Below the pieces are notes generated by a model, which ran no database searches, was not told the DNA's origin, and saw only the letters and a program-made list of their open reading frames with translations. Below, piece after piece: positions 26,866 through 34,932 of a stretch of DNA of 43,949 nucleotides. This stretch comes from a virus. The stretch lies in UHGV virus genome UHGV-0179878; one strand, written 5' to 3'. Made by a program: the position numbers and the translations under genes. The first letter of the stretch is position 1. The number at the start of each line of letters is the position of its first letter.

Positions 26866-27527
26866 ATATACATCAATCCGTCACTTACATGTTTACGGTT
26901 GCACTTCCTTGCGATATTCCGTCTGTCTATGAACAATAATTTTTGAGCTTCTACTGTACTTGCGAATTCTTCAACAATTTGGTTGTCGCTATCTACTAGA
27001 TATACTGGTTTAGATACACCTTTATTTCTGCGATATACTCTATATTTCTGTAATGTAGACTGGAATAAGTTATCTGCAGTAAAGTTGTTGTATCTACTAT
27101 CTTTAGGATATGCATGTAATCCATTTTTCAAATTACCGATAAATGTTTCATATACAATATCTGCTGCACGATACTTCTTATTTTTATAAATAACTGTGGA
27201 AATACCGTTACATCCATTCGCGAATTTATATTTACCATCAGACCTTTTCATTCTGCCTAAGTTACTTACGTATAGATCGTACTTCTCGCTGTACTTCCAA
27301 ATTTCATCTTTTGCTACAACTCTTTCGTTAAACTCCTGTTTCTTATTCACTCTAGGCATTGTGTCGGTAAAGAAGCACTTTAACTTATCGTTATATGTGC
27401 CACGTTCCTTTTGGTACCACAGTGTGTTTAGTGGAATACCTGTAATGTTGTGCAAATGAGTTAAGTCTGTCTTAGTCACTGTGTGGCTAAATGGTTCGTA
27501 CATATATACCATAATTAACCCTCCCAC
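26832..27527 (-). CDS. Free-standing HNH homing-endonuclease-like protein (NUMOD4 + HNH_3 + NUMOD1-like C-terminus).
   Basis: 231 aa. NUMOD4-like YDLYVSNLGRMKRSDGKYKF. HNH_3-like LHAYPKDSRYNNFTADNLFQST. C-terminal PVYLVDSDNQIVEEFASTVEAQKLLFIDRRNIARKCNRKH resembles the I-TevI/Seg-type DNA-binding helix (NUMOD1). Confidence 0.6.
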   Translation of the reverse strand: MGGLIMVYMYEPFSHTVTKTDLTHLHNITGIPLNTLWYQKERGTYNDKLKCFFTDTMPRVNKKQEFNERVVAKDEIWKYSEKYDLYVSNLGRMKRSDGKYKFANGCNGISTVIYKNKKYRAADIVYETFIGNLKNGLHAYPKDSRYNNFTADNLFQSTLQKYRVYRRNKGVSKPVYLVDSDNQIVEEFASTVEAQKLLFIDRRNIARKCNRKHVSDGLMYMWADEYEKMNA

Positions 27528-27946
27528 TTCTCAAATGCTCTGTTTAGATACCAACGTGCTTTGTCTAAATCTTCTTTTCCGTTCTTACGATTAGCTCGAC
27601 TGATATACTTGATTGTATTACCAATCGCAAATGCTAACTCTGGTTTATAATCTTTAGTAACTTGCTCTATGAATTCAATTATTTCTATATCTCCATACGT
27701 GTAATGTGACGGGTGGTTAACCTTGTCATCTAATGTCTTTTCAACTTCTTTACTAGTTGATTTAGGCAAGCTGATAAAGTCAGTATTTTCATTAATCATC
27801 GCTACTCTGCCATCGGTTAATTTTACGTAAGCATAATATTTTTGGTTTTCATCACAGTATACTTGCTGCACCTCAGAGTATTGATCTATGTTACTAGCAT
27901 CTCTAAATACAATTCTTTCTCCTACAGTCAAATCTTTAATACTCAT
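27515..27946 (-). CDS. DUF3310-family phage protein.
   Basis: 143 aa. ...NHPSHYTYGDIEIIEFIE...KYISRANRKNGKEDLDKARWYL matches the DUF3310 signature. Confidence 0.5.
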   Translation of the reverse strand: MSIKDLTVGERIVFRDASNIDQYSEVQQVYCDENQKYYAYVKLTDGRVAMINENTDFISLPKSTSKEVEKTLDDKVNHPSHYTYGDIEIIEFIEQVTKDYKPELAFAIGNTIKYISRANRKNGKEDLDKARWYLNRAFEKWEG

Positions 27947-28356
27947 GATCTAACCACCTTTCTAGGAAAGATGTCATTTTCCATAAGGTGCGTGCACCAT
28001 TCACCACGAGAGTGTACTTGAGGCACTTCAAATAAGTGCGGTTTCTTACGTCTTAGATTAAATTCTTTTTGCCGTTCTAATCTAACTAACCTCATTCTGT
28101 CCTCATGTTCCAATTGAGATAGTTGTTTTCTCTCTTTCGCTTCTGTATCTTGCTCGTTGTACTCTTCAAATAAAGCTTCTTCAGGACTGTAACCAGAATA
28201 CTTAATACGTCTTACAATGAGCTTCCAGGGTGTGCCTGTATATTCAGCTTCGTGTACATCTTCAACTGGCAATAAGTGTTTCTGTTCTTCAGTTTTTACA
28301 ACGTAATATAATCTATTATTTTTAAATTCAATCGTTCTATTCTTTGCTAATTCCAT
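27943..28356 (-). CDS. Hypothetical early protein.
   Basis: 137 aa ORF, coupled to its neighbours. Confidence 0.45.
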   Translation of the reverse strand: MELAKNRTIEFKNNRLYYVVKTEEQKHLLPVEDVHEAEYTGTPWKLIVRRIKYSGYSPEEALFEEYNEQDTEAKERKQLSQLEHEDRMRLVRLERQKEFNLRRKKPHLFEVPQVHSRGEWCTHLMENDIFPRKVVRS

Positions 28357-28542
28357 TTACTCCACCTCTAAATCATCTATTTCAATATCGTAATTTAATA
28401 CATCTCTCGGACTGTCTAACAATTGTTCTTTATAATTTTCTATCGCGTCAGAAGGCGTTTGACCTTTTTCAACTGGAACAAACGCATTAACATGACCTTT
28501 AATCGTAAAATCTAATCTCGTTTGAACCTCGTAGCTATTCAT
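28357..28542 (-). CDS. Hypothetical small acidic protein.
   Basis: 61 aa ORF. Confidence 0.4.
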   Translation of the reverse strand: MNSYEVQTRLDFTIKGHVNAFVPVEKGQTPSDAIENYKEQLLDSPRDVLNYDIEIDDLEVE

Positions 28543-28949
28543 TTATTTAACACCTCTTTCTTCTTTTTCTCTCGTCTAGCTTTTAAAAGTTCTTCATACG
28601 TTATCCACTCTTGACCTGTGTATTTAGGCGCTTTACATATCCACGTGAGTGGTACTTCTCTGTTTTGATATCTAAATATCTTTGATTTTATTTTGGCTTC
28701 TGGAGTAGGCATACCTTTTACATCTATCACTTCGATTAGCTTGCCATCTTTCCATAAAGCAAAATCTGCTACATAGTTAATAGATCTGAAATTTTCAAAT
28801 TTAGGTTGTAATTCGTACTTAGGTTGCAACTCTATATGGTCATATCCCTTACCTAAGTTACGTTCTAAATATTGGTAGTAGTCACATTCAATTTTGCTAT
28901 CGAACACGACACCTTTATATTCAACTTTTTTAGAATTGTATTTACTCAA
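28539..28949 (-). CDS. DUF1064-family protein (PD-(D/E)xK nuclease-like).
   Basis: 136 aa. ...YVADFALWKDGKLIEVIDVKG... fits a D...E/DxK nuclease core. This family is common in Staphylococcus phage replication modules. Confidence 0.45.
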   Translation of the reverse strand: MSKYNSKKVEYKGVVFDSKIECDYYQYLERNLGKGYDHIELQPKYELQPKFENFRSINYVADFALWKDGKLIEVIDVKGMPTPEAKIKSKIFRYQNREVPLTWICKAPKYTGQEWITYEELLKARREKKKKEVLNK

Positions 28950-28958
28950 AGTTCCACC

Positions 28959-29228
28959 TCAAAATAATAATTCGTTAATTGTCATCTGTTGTTGCAATTC
29001 TTCTTTTCTGAAAAGCTTATGTTTGCGTTTCAGTTTTTCTAGTTCATCTTTCGTTACCGTTCCTGAAAATGTGTTTCTAAAGTGTATCCCTGCATAGTTA
29101 CCTAACTTATAAGTATCTTCTCCTAACGGCGTTACACTGCACATCTCCCAACCGTCAATCTGATATAACGTGTATTGCTTTTTAAGTCCGTCGATAAGTC
29201 CCATCTGGTTGCCTCCACTTCGTTTCAT
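28959..29228 (-). CDS. Hypothetical early protein.
   Basis: 89 aa ORF. Confidence 0.4.
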   Translation of the reverse strand: MKRSGGNQMGLIDGLKKQYTLYQIDGWEMCSVTPLGEDTYKLGNYAGIHFRNTFSGTVTKDELEKLKRKHKLFRKEELQQQMTINELLF

Positions 29229-29403
29229 TCATGATTAATTCTTTAACGCTTTCGTAATCGTCAAAAGGTTTAATGGTGCCGGCGTCAAGCAACCTATTAA
29301 TTGCCCACCCAGACTCAATTAATATTTTGGCTATGATTGGATCTTCTTTATAATCCTCTCGATACATAAAACCTAAAAGTTGCTGATACTCATAAACTTT
29401 CAT
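29182..29403 (-). CDS. Hypothetical early protein.
   Basis: 73 aa ORF. Confidence 0.4.
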   Translation of the reverse strand: MKVYEYQQLLGFMYREDYKEDPIIAKILIESGWAINRLLDAGTIKPFDDYESVKELIMNETKWRQPDGTYRRT

Positions 29404-30650
29404 CCATAAAACCTCTGCGTTTTCTTGTAGAAATCAAGGTGTGCCACCCCTGTTTCTCCGTCTTTATTTTTAGAAATAATGAATTCAATTTCCGACTTGC
29501 CTGTAATGTTGTCTTGTTGGTCTTGGTCGTAATAATCGTCACGGTATAAGAAGAAAATCATATTCGCGTCTTGCTCTATTCCTCCTGCTTCTCTTAAATC
29601 AGACATCATCGGACGCTTATCACTACGACTTTCTACACCTCTACTTAATTGAGATAGCGCGATAATGATACAACCTGTTTCTTTAGCTATAATTTTTAAA
29701 TCACGAGAAATCTTTTCGACTTCTAACCGTCTATCACGTTGAGGTACATCTGATTGCATGAGTGTAAGATAATCAATAAATATAACGTGAGGTTTATCTG
29801 TTTTTTGAGATGCGACTTCTCTAACGTCTTGTGGTGTCATTTGTGCTTGGTCCTCAATCTTTAAAGAATTACATTTTTTAATTTGATCTATAGCAGACAT
29901 TACCGATGAAACTTCATCATCATTTAATCCGTTACCTTGCTTAATTTTAGATAGTGGGATATTTGTTATTGTTGCAACTAATCGTTCAACGATATTGTTA
30001 CCTCCAGTTTCTAAACTAAAGAACGTTGTAGGGTACCCACTCTGCGCGATATTCCACATCATCGTTAATGCAAGAGAAGTTTTACCTAACGAAGGTCTTG
30101 CACCTAATACATTCAACTGACCTGGTTCAAAACCAATGATTTTGTTATCTATAGAAGCAATACCAGTTTTAATAAATTGTTTTGGTTCATCAGATAGAAT
30201 ATTTTCTACAACTTCAGCTAGAAAACTATCAGTAGCGTCTGCTTTTTTTATTGTCATACCTTTTAATTTCTCTAATTCCTCTACCAAATAATTAAAATTT
30301 TCTTTATTCGGCATTGATTGATACTCTGTCAGCTTCTCACGAGCTTGTGACAAAATGTATTCTTGTAATAGGTTCAATTGATCGTCCATAAAAAACGCCT
30401 TGTCAGTGCCATCTGAGTTGTATAAACGACCTAATCGGTCAGTAGATATAAATTCATTATCATCACGACTTTTAAAGTAGATCTGGTTTACATCGACCTT
30501 CCCTTGCTCTAGTGCATACTCAATGAACACTCTTAATTTTTCATCAGTAAACATTTCAGGTTTCAATCTGAATTTACTTAGTAACTCTGGGTTACGCATG
30601 AGGTTAGATATAATAGATTCTTCGGTACTCAACACATCAATACTCATCAT
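29400..30650 (-). CDS. Replicative DNA helicase (DnaB family).
   Basis: 416 aa. Walker A LGARPSLGKTSLAL. DnaB-like H2-H4 motifs. ...REAGGIEQDAN... near the C-terminus. Confidence 0.85.
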   Translation of the reverse strand: MMSIDVLSTEESIISNLMRNPELLSKFRLKPEMFTDEKLRVFIEYALEQGKVDVNQIYFKSRDDNEFISTDRLGRLYNSDGTDKAFFMDDQLNLLQEYILSQAREKLTEYQSMPNKENFNYLVEELEKLKGMTIKKADATDSFLAEVVENILSDEPKQFIKTGIASIDNKIIGFEPGQLNVLGARPSLGKTSLALTMMWNIAQSGYPTTFFSLETGGNNIVERLVATITNIPLSKIKQGNGLNDDEVSSVMSAIDQIKKCNSLKIEDQAQMTPQDVREVASQKTDKPHVIFIDYLTLMQSDVPQRDRRLEVEKISRDLKIIAKETGCIIIALSQLSRGVESRSDKRPMMSDLREAGGIEQDANMIFFLYRDDYYDQDQQDNITGKSEIEFIISKNKDGETGVAHLDFYKKTQRFYG

Positions 30651-30990
30651 CTAACCCCCAATCCTCTTTCATCTTTTGCCATTGTTTTCTTAATTGTTGC
30701 CTTCTCTCTCTAAACTCTTTATCGTGTTGCATTCTATATTTATCAGTTTGTTCTTCTGGTATCACTGCGCTTTTCATTTCTGGTGGTTTGCGATCAATAA
30801 TTTGTGCAATCGTAGGTTTATAACGACTTTCTCTAACATATTTCTTTGTTTTGTGTAGTGTTCTGTCGAAATCCCCATATTGTGTGAGTTGTTCTACCCA
30901 AAGATTGTACTTAATTTTATTGAATTTCATATCGTAGACATTATTTATTAACTCTAATATTTCAATTGCCTCTAGTTCAGTCATTGACAT
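30637..30990 (-). CDS. Hypothetical protein between the replisome organizer and helicase genes (possible helicase-loading accessory).
   Basis: 117 aa ORF overlapping the helicase start. Confidence 0.4.
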   Translation of the reverse strand: MSMTELEAIEILELINNVYDMKFNKIKYNLWVEQLTQYGDFDRTLHKTKKYVRESRYKPTIAQIIDRKPPEMKSAVIPEEQTDKYRMQHDKEFRERRQQLRKQWQKMKEDWGLDDEY

Positions 30991-30995
30991 AATGT

Positions 30996-31739
30996 CTAAC
31001 CTCCTAATAGTTCCTGTTTCTTCTTAGCTAGGTAATCATCTTCTTTATTGTTTCTAGGTTTAACTTTAGATATTGCTTTCTCTTTAGTATCGACACCGTC
31101 TTTACTCCAGTTTTCTAATACTTTGATAAGGTAGTTAACACCTTTGTTATTTTCTTTACAGTAATCAGTAGCTACAGTAACGATCTCTAGTTTGTTATCT
31201 TTAAAATCCTTTATAGCTTCTTCTAGTTGTTGTGCTTTTAATGGACTTTGTATGATTTCTAAGTTATTACTAATATATTTAAATACATGTGATACGTCGT
31301 CTCTGTCTCTCTCTGAATAAATCTCTGTGTAGTCTCTGGTATTGGTCGTATCATTCTGATACACTCCATCGTTTCTTTTTGATACGCTCGTCGTATCATT
31401 TTGATACGATGGTCGTTTCATACCTTCTAACTTTTCATAATTGATGCTGTACCACTTCGTTTTATCGAATTTAGCTTTGTTATAGTTGCCTACATACAAT
31501 AGGTTTTGTTTTTCTAAACTATATACAGCACGCTTGATTGTCATTACAGACCAAAAAGGAAAGTGTTTTTGCCATTCAGGGAATGAATTGTATATCCAGT
31601 GTCTACCATCGTAGTTATGATTACTTTTCTTCAACCAGTAGTGCATTTGCTGTAATACAATTGATTCGTTAAGTCCTATCTCAGTTGCTAACGTAGGAAG
31701 TACAAGTATTGGATAATCGTCAATTAGTAGATTGCTCAC
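30996..31739 (-). CDS. Replication initiator / replisome organizer (N-terminal phage replisome organizer plus DnaD/DnaB_2-like C-terminus).
   Basis: 247 aa. Position upstream of the DnaB helicase. Internal DNA iterons. C-terminal region ...KENNKGVNYLIKVLENWSKDGV... is DnaD-like. Confidence 0.65.
   Translation of the reverse strand: MSNLLIDDYPILVLPTLATEIGLNESIVLQQMHYWLKKSNHNYDGRHWIYNSFPEWQKHFPFWSVMTIKRAVYSLEKQNLLYVGNYNKAKFDKTKWYSINYEKLEGMKRPSYQNDTTSVSKRNDGVYQNDTTNTRDYTEIYSERDRDDVSHVFKYISNNLEIIQSPLKAQQLEEAIKDFKDNKLEIVTVATDYCKENNKGVNYLIKVLENWSKDGVDTKEKAISKVKPRNNKEDDYLAKKKQELLGG
31340..31420. repeat. Putative origin iterons inside the replisome-organizer gene.
   Basis: TGATAC occurs at 31357, 31380 and 31402 (22-23 bp spacing), within the repeated units GTCGTATCATTYTGATACR. 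TGATACGCTCGTCGTATCA also forms an inverted repeat. Confidence 0.5.
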
Positions 31740-31975
31740 GTTTTACCACTTCCATTCAGTAACTCTGTTACAGTAATATTCATGTCATCAGCGATTAATT
31801 TGAGTCTTTTATTGTTAGGTTTTGAAATGTCTTTTTCCCACTTAGAAACTATTGATTTATGTGCTGGAGGTTCGAAATGTTTTCCGTATTCTTCCATTGT
31901 TTCTCCCAAGTTAACCCGATGGTCTTTTATTTTTTGTCCTAAAGTCATTTCTATCACTCCCCGTACAATAGCCAT
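31736..31975 (-). CDS. Small XRE-family HTH protein.
   Basis: 79 aa. ...HKSIVSKWEKDISKPNNKRLKLIAD... is HTH_XRE-like. Confidence 0.5.
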   Translation of the reverse strand: MAIVRGVIEMTLGQKIKDHRVNLGETMEEYGKHFEPPAHKSIVSKWEKDISKPNNKRLKLIADDMNITVTELLNGSGKT

Positions 31976-32184
31976 TCAGGTGTTGTTTTGAATATGAATG
32001 CTATTAATTTTATTTTTTCAAGATTAGGAATTCTTTTACCTTCTTCCCATTGTTTTATGGAGAAAGGAGATACATACAAGATTGCAGCGAATTCGTTTAT
32101 ATCAAAATTTCTTTGTAATCTTATTTGCTTGATTCTATGAGCAATTTCTTTTTTATTTTCTTTAGTTATTACTCTCGAATTCAT
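31954..32184 (-). CDS. Small XRE-family HTH protein.
   Basis: 76 aa. ...FSIKQWEEGKRIPNLEKIKLIAFIF... Confidence 0.5.
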   Translation of the reverse strand: MNSRVITKENKKEIAHRIKQIRLQRNFDINEFAAILYVSPFSIKQWEEGKRIPNLEKIKLIAFIFKTTPEWLLYGE

Positions 32185-32851
32185 TTTTAGCTCCTTTCAG
32201 CATTTTGTTTAGTCGTTCATCCACATCCACCCAACTGTCTGTTAGGTGATATTTGTTATTGAATGTGTCCATTCCTATTTGGTGCTGTTCGTTGTGATGA
32301 GATCTACATAGAGCTAACACTTGATTTCCGAAATGATTAATCTTCGTTCTATCTCTGCCACGTCCTACCGCAAATCTATGTGCTAAGTCGGAATGTGGTT
32401 TACCACAGATAACACAGTTACGATTGACCGTTGACCAATAAAGGAACGCTTTATCATTTTTGAGTAGGTCACTTGTCTTATAATTAAGTGGTATATTGTT
32501 GTGAAACACCCAATCGAGAATAAGTTCTATGACTTGTTTAGCTTGTTCTCTTGTGCAGTCACTCAATGAGAGGCGTTTTTCATAGCCGTAGAGGACTTCT
32601 ACATAATCCATGAACAAATACCTCATATAGTCGCGTGGTTGTCCTGTATAAGCTTCTATGTCGTTACAGAGAGCAAACACTTTTCTGCGTTGCTTATCTG
32701 TAATCTTGAATGGATCTACAACTCTTACATCTGCTTCTACTTCGTAACCGTTGTCTAAAAGCAATGATGTTTTGTTATCTAGTTCTACTCCTTTGATGAC
32801 TACAGTCGTTGTACCGTCATCTTCTGTAATGTAGTTTTTTATTACTACCAT
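32162..32851 (-). CDS. HNH-motif nuclease (DUF968/YajD-like).
   Basis: 229 aa. C-terminal CVICGKPHSDLAHRFAVGRGRDRTKINHFGNQVLALCRSHHNEQH (C..C..H..N..H..H). Confidence 0.55.
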   Translation of the reverse strand: MVVIKNYITEDDGTTTVVIKGVELDNKTSLLLDNGYEVEADVRVVDPFKITDKQRRKVFALCNDIEAYTGQPRDYMRYLFMDYVEVLYGYEKRLSLSDCTREQAKQVIELILDWVFHNNIPLNYKTSDLLKNDKAFLYWSTVNRNCVICGKPHSDLAHRFAVGRGRDRTKINHFGNQVLALCRSHHNEQHQIGMDTFNNKYHLTDSWVDVDERLNKMLKGAKNEFESNN

Positions 32852-32864
32852 CTAATCAGTCCAA

Positions 32865-33278
32865 TCAGAACGGTAATTCTGAATTATCTATGTCTGTGCC
32901 GTTAGAAAACGGGTTATTGCCTGCTGGTGCTTGTCCTCTTTGTTGTTGAGATTGACTATTTTGTTGATTACTACCTTTGCTATCTAAAAATTCAATTCTG
33001 TTAGCAATCACTCGTACTACTGAACGATTGTTACCTTCTTTATCTTGGAAACGGTCTTGCTTCAAGTTGCCTTCGATTAAGACTTTGCTTCCCTTACCGC
33101 AATAGTCGTTTAATAGTTGGGCAGTTTTGCCAAACGCTACGATGTCAAAGAATGATGTGTCATCTTTTTTGAATGGATTGTCCACTGCCATAGAGAAGTT
33201 AGTTACTTGTGTTTGTCCTGCTTTTTTAAGTTCTAAATCTTTAGTGATACGTCCTGTCAAAATTGTTAAGTTAGTCAT
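32865..33278 (-). CDS. ssb: Single-stranded DNA-binding protein.
   Basis: 137 aa. OB-fold N-terminus MTNLTILTGRITKDLELK...GNLKQDRFQDKEG. Gln-rich tail ending DIDNSELPF (acidic C-terminal tip). Confidence 0.85.
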   Translation of the reverse strand: MTNLTILTGRITKDLELKKAGQTQVTNFSMAVDNPFKKDDTSFFDIVAFGKTAQLLNDYCGKGSKVLIEGNLKQDRFQDKEGNNRSVVRVIANRIEFLDSKGSNQQNSQSQQQRGQAPAGNNPFSNGTDIDNSELPF

Positions 33279-33912
33279 TCGAATTCTCCTTATCTAATTG
33301 TTTTAGTCCTGCATCTAGTTTTTGATGTGCATTTGCTATATCTTTTTTAGTAACTTTGTTAAGGTTTTGAATACCTAACCAACGCATTGTTTTGTCTAGC
33401 GTTGCGTCTCTACCTTTTTCTTGAGATAAAGTTACAAACTGGTTGATACGTTCTTCTAATTCTGTAATGTCATTGTCGTTAGCGCTTGGAACTTCTTCCC
33501 CGTTGTATATATAAAGACCTAGACCATGTAATGCTGCAGCTTTAACAAAACAACGTTTTTGAGCTTTATTAATATCAAATGTTGTCGCGCTACCCTTTGC
33601 TAAAGATTTGTTTCTAAAATCCAATACTGGAAGCCATTCTGTTTCAGTTTGTCCTTTTACAGTTACTGACACTTGTACGAAGTAACCCTCTGGTGTAGCT
33701 AAATAAGGCACAAAATAGTTATCTAGTGGTACATCAGGGTGTACAAATTCATGTGTTTTAATACTGTAATTGCTGTCTATCTTCTTTAATTCTTGATGAG
33801 CGTATGACCATGCTAGGTAGGTTAATCCGTTTTTCTTTTCTACATGATCGTTTACATCTTTCTGATTTAATTGGTTAAATAGTGTTTCTTCAGTCATACT
33901 CAACCTCCTCAT
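33271..33912 (-). CDS. Putative single-strand annealing protein (DUF1071 / Rad52-like Sak).
   Basis: 213 aa, immediately upstream of and coupled to ssb. This gene is typically annotated DUF1071 in Staphylococcus phages. The family assignment is from memory. Confidence 0.4.
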   Translation of the reverse strand: MRRLSMTEETLFNQLNQKDVNDHVEKKNGLTYLAWSYAHQELKKIDSNYSIKTHEFVHPDVPLDNYFVPYLATPEGYFVQVSVTVKGQTETEWLPVLDFRNKSLAKGSATTFDINKAQKRCFVKAAALHGLGLYIYNGEEVPSANDNDITELEERINQFVTLSQEKGRDATLDKTMRWLGIQNLNKVTKKDIANAHQKLDAGLKQLDKENSND

Positions 33913-34120
33913 ATTCAGTTGTTTCTGTTACTTTCTTTTTAATTGCTCTGTGCTTAGTCATGTCGATACTCACATCTTCTAGTCCTGCAAATTCTCTTGC
34001 TCTCCGTCTATCTCTTGAATAAGAAGTATCTTCTTCGTTGTTAGGTTTATTAGTGATATACAGGTCGAAAGGAGCGTCTTTCAGTTTAATTAGATATGTC
34101 ACTGTTTCTTTCAATCCCAA
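33890..34120 (-). CDS. Hypothetical early protein.
   Basis: 76 aa ORF. Confidence 0.4.
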   Translation of the reverse strand: MGLKETVTYLIKLKDAPFDLYITNKPNNEEDTSYSRDRRRAREFAGLEDVSIDMTKHRAIKKKVTETTEYEEVEYD

Positions 34121-34361
34121 TCACTCCTTTATGCAACATGTCGATTGTTCTATCCATGACTTTGATTGTTTCGTTTTGTGTTTCGCATGATTCTATAGCT
34201 TTTCTGAAATCTTTTCTAAGTTCGAAATATCTATCGCACATATCTTCATAACGTTTGTTTAAATAGTCGTAGTCACTTTGCAAGAAATCTAAATCTATTT
34301 GGCTTTTGATTAGTTGAGAGTATTCTTCTCTAGTCAACTTGACTGTAATTATCTCTTGCAT
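34086..34361 (-). CDS. Hypothetical early protein.
   Basis: 91 aa ORF. Confidence 0.4.
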   Translation of the reverse strand: MQEIITVKLTREEYSQLIKSQIDLDFLQSDYDYLNKRYEDMCDRYFELRKDFRKAIESCETQNETIKVMDRTIDMLHKGVIGIERNSDISN

Positions 34362-34427
34362 TTTCTCTCCTCCACTTGTATATTTAAGTTGTATATTTTT
34401 ATAAATTTTCGATTTTAGACTGTTACT

Positions 34428-34599
34428 TGTTGGCGCAAGTTTCAGTCTTTTTTGTTATCTCAAGCCACTTCTCCCAGAAGAATGTGCTAAAGATTAGCGT
34501 TAACATCGCAATTCCTAATACTGTTGTGAAACCACCTCCTAAAAGTAATGTGATGATCATTGCGATAAACATAGTCATGTAGCTTAGTAGATATTTCAT
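34428..34599 (-). CDS. Small membrane protein (57 aa).
   Basis: MKYLLSYMTMFIAMIITLLLGGGFTTVLGIAMLTLIFSTFFWEKWLEITKKTETCANK. Its start overlaps the upstream stop (ATGA). Confidence 0.35.
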
Positions 34600-34712
34600 T
34601 TATCATCCTCTTCTTTCATTTCTAACTCTTCTTTCATTTCTAAAAGTTTTTCGATATAACCTCTTTCTAATGCAAAATCAAATAGCATTTGTTGAATGTG
34701 TGGTGGCATAAA
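34599..34712 (-). CDS. Small acidic protein (37 aa).
   Basis: RBS AGGAATGG, then ATG. MPPHIQQMLFDFALERGYIEKLLEMKEELEMKEEDDK. Coupled to the next gene. Confidence 0.3.
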
Positions 34713-34733
34713 AACCATTCCTTTCGTGTATAA

Positions 34734-34895
34734 TTAGAAAATAAGTGATCCATTTTTTGCATTTTCTTCATTTACAATTTTTGTTAATTGTTTTTCGTCT
34801 ATACTGGCACTAACTTTTACTGTTCGTTTTCTATCACTTCTAATCTCCTCCGCCAAGATGACGATTAGGAGTGCTATTTTTAGTTTTTTTAGCAT
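34734..34895 (-). CDS. Small secreted/membrane protein (53 aa from the internal start).
   Basis: RBS AAGGAGG 7 nt upstream of the ATG (MLKKLKIALLIVILAEE...). The ORF-track start at 34943 lacks an RBS. Confidence 0.4.
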   Translation of the reverse strand: MLKKLKIALLIVILAEEIRSDRKRTVKVSASIDEKQLTKIVNEENAKNGSLIF

Positions 34896-34932
34896 AGCTA
34901 AGCCTCCTTTAAGTTGTTTGTTCGATTGTGGG

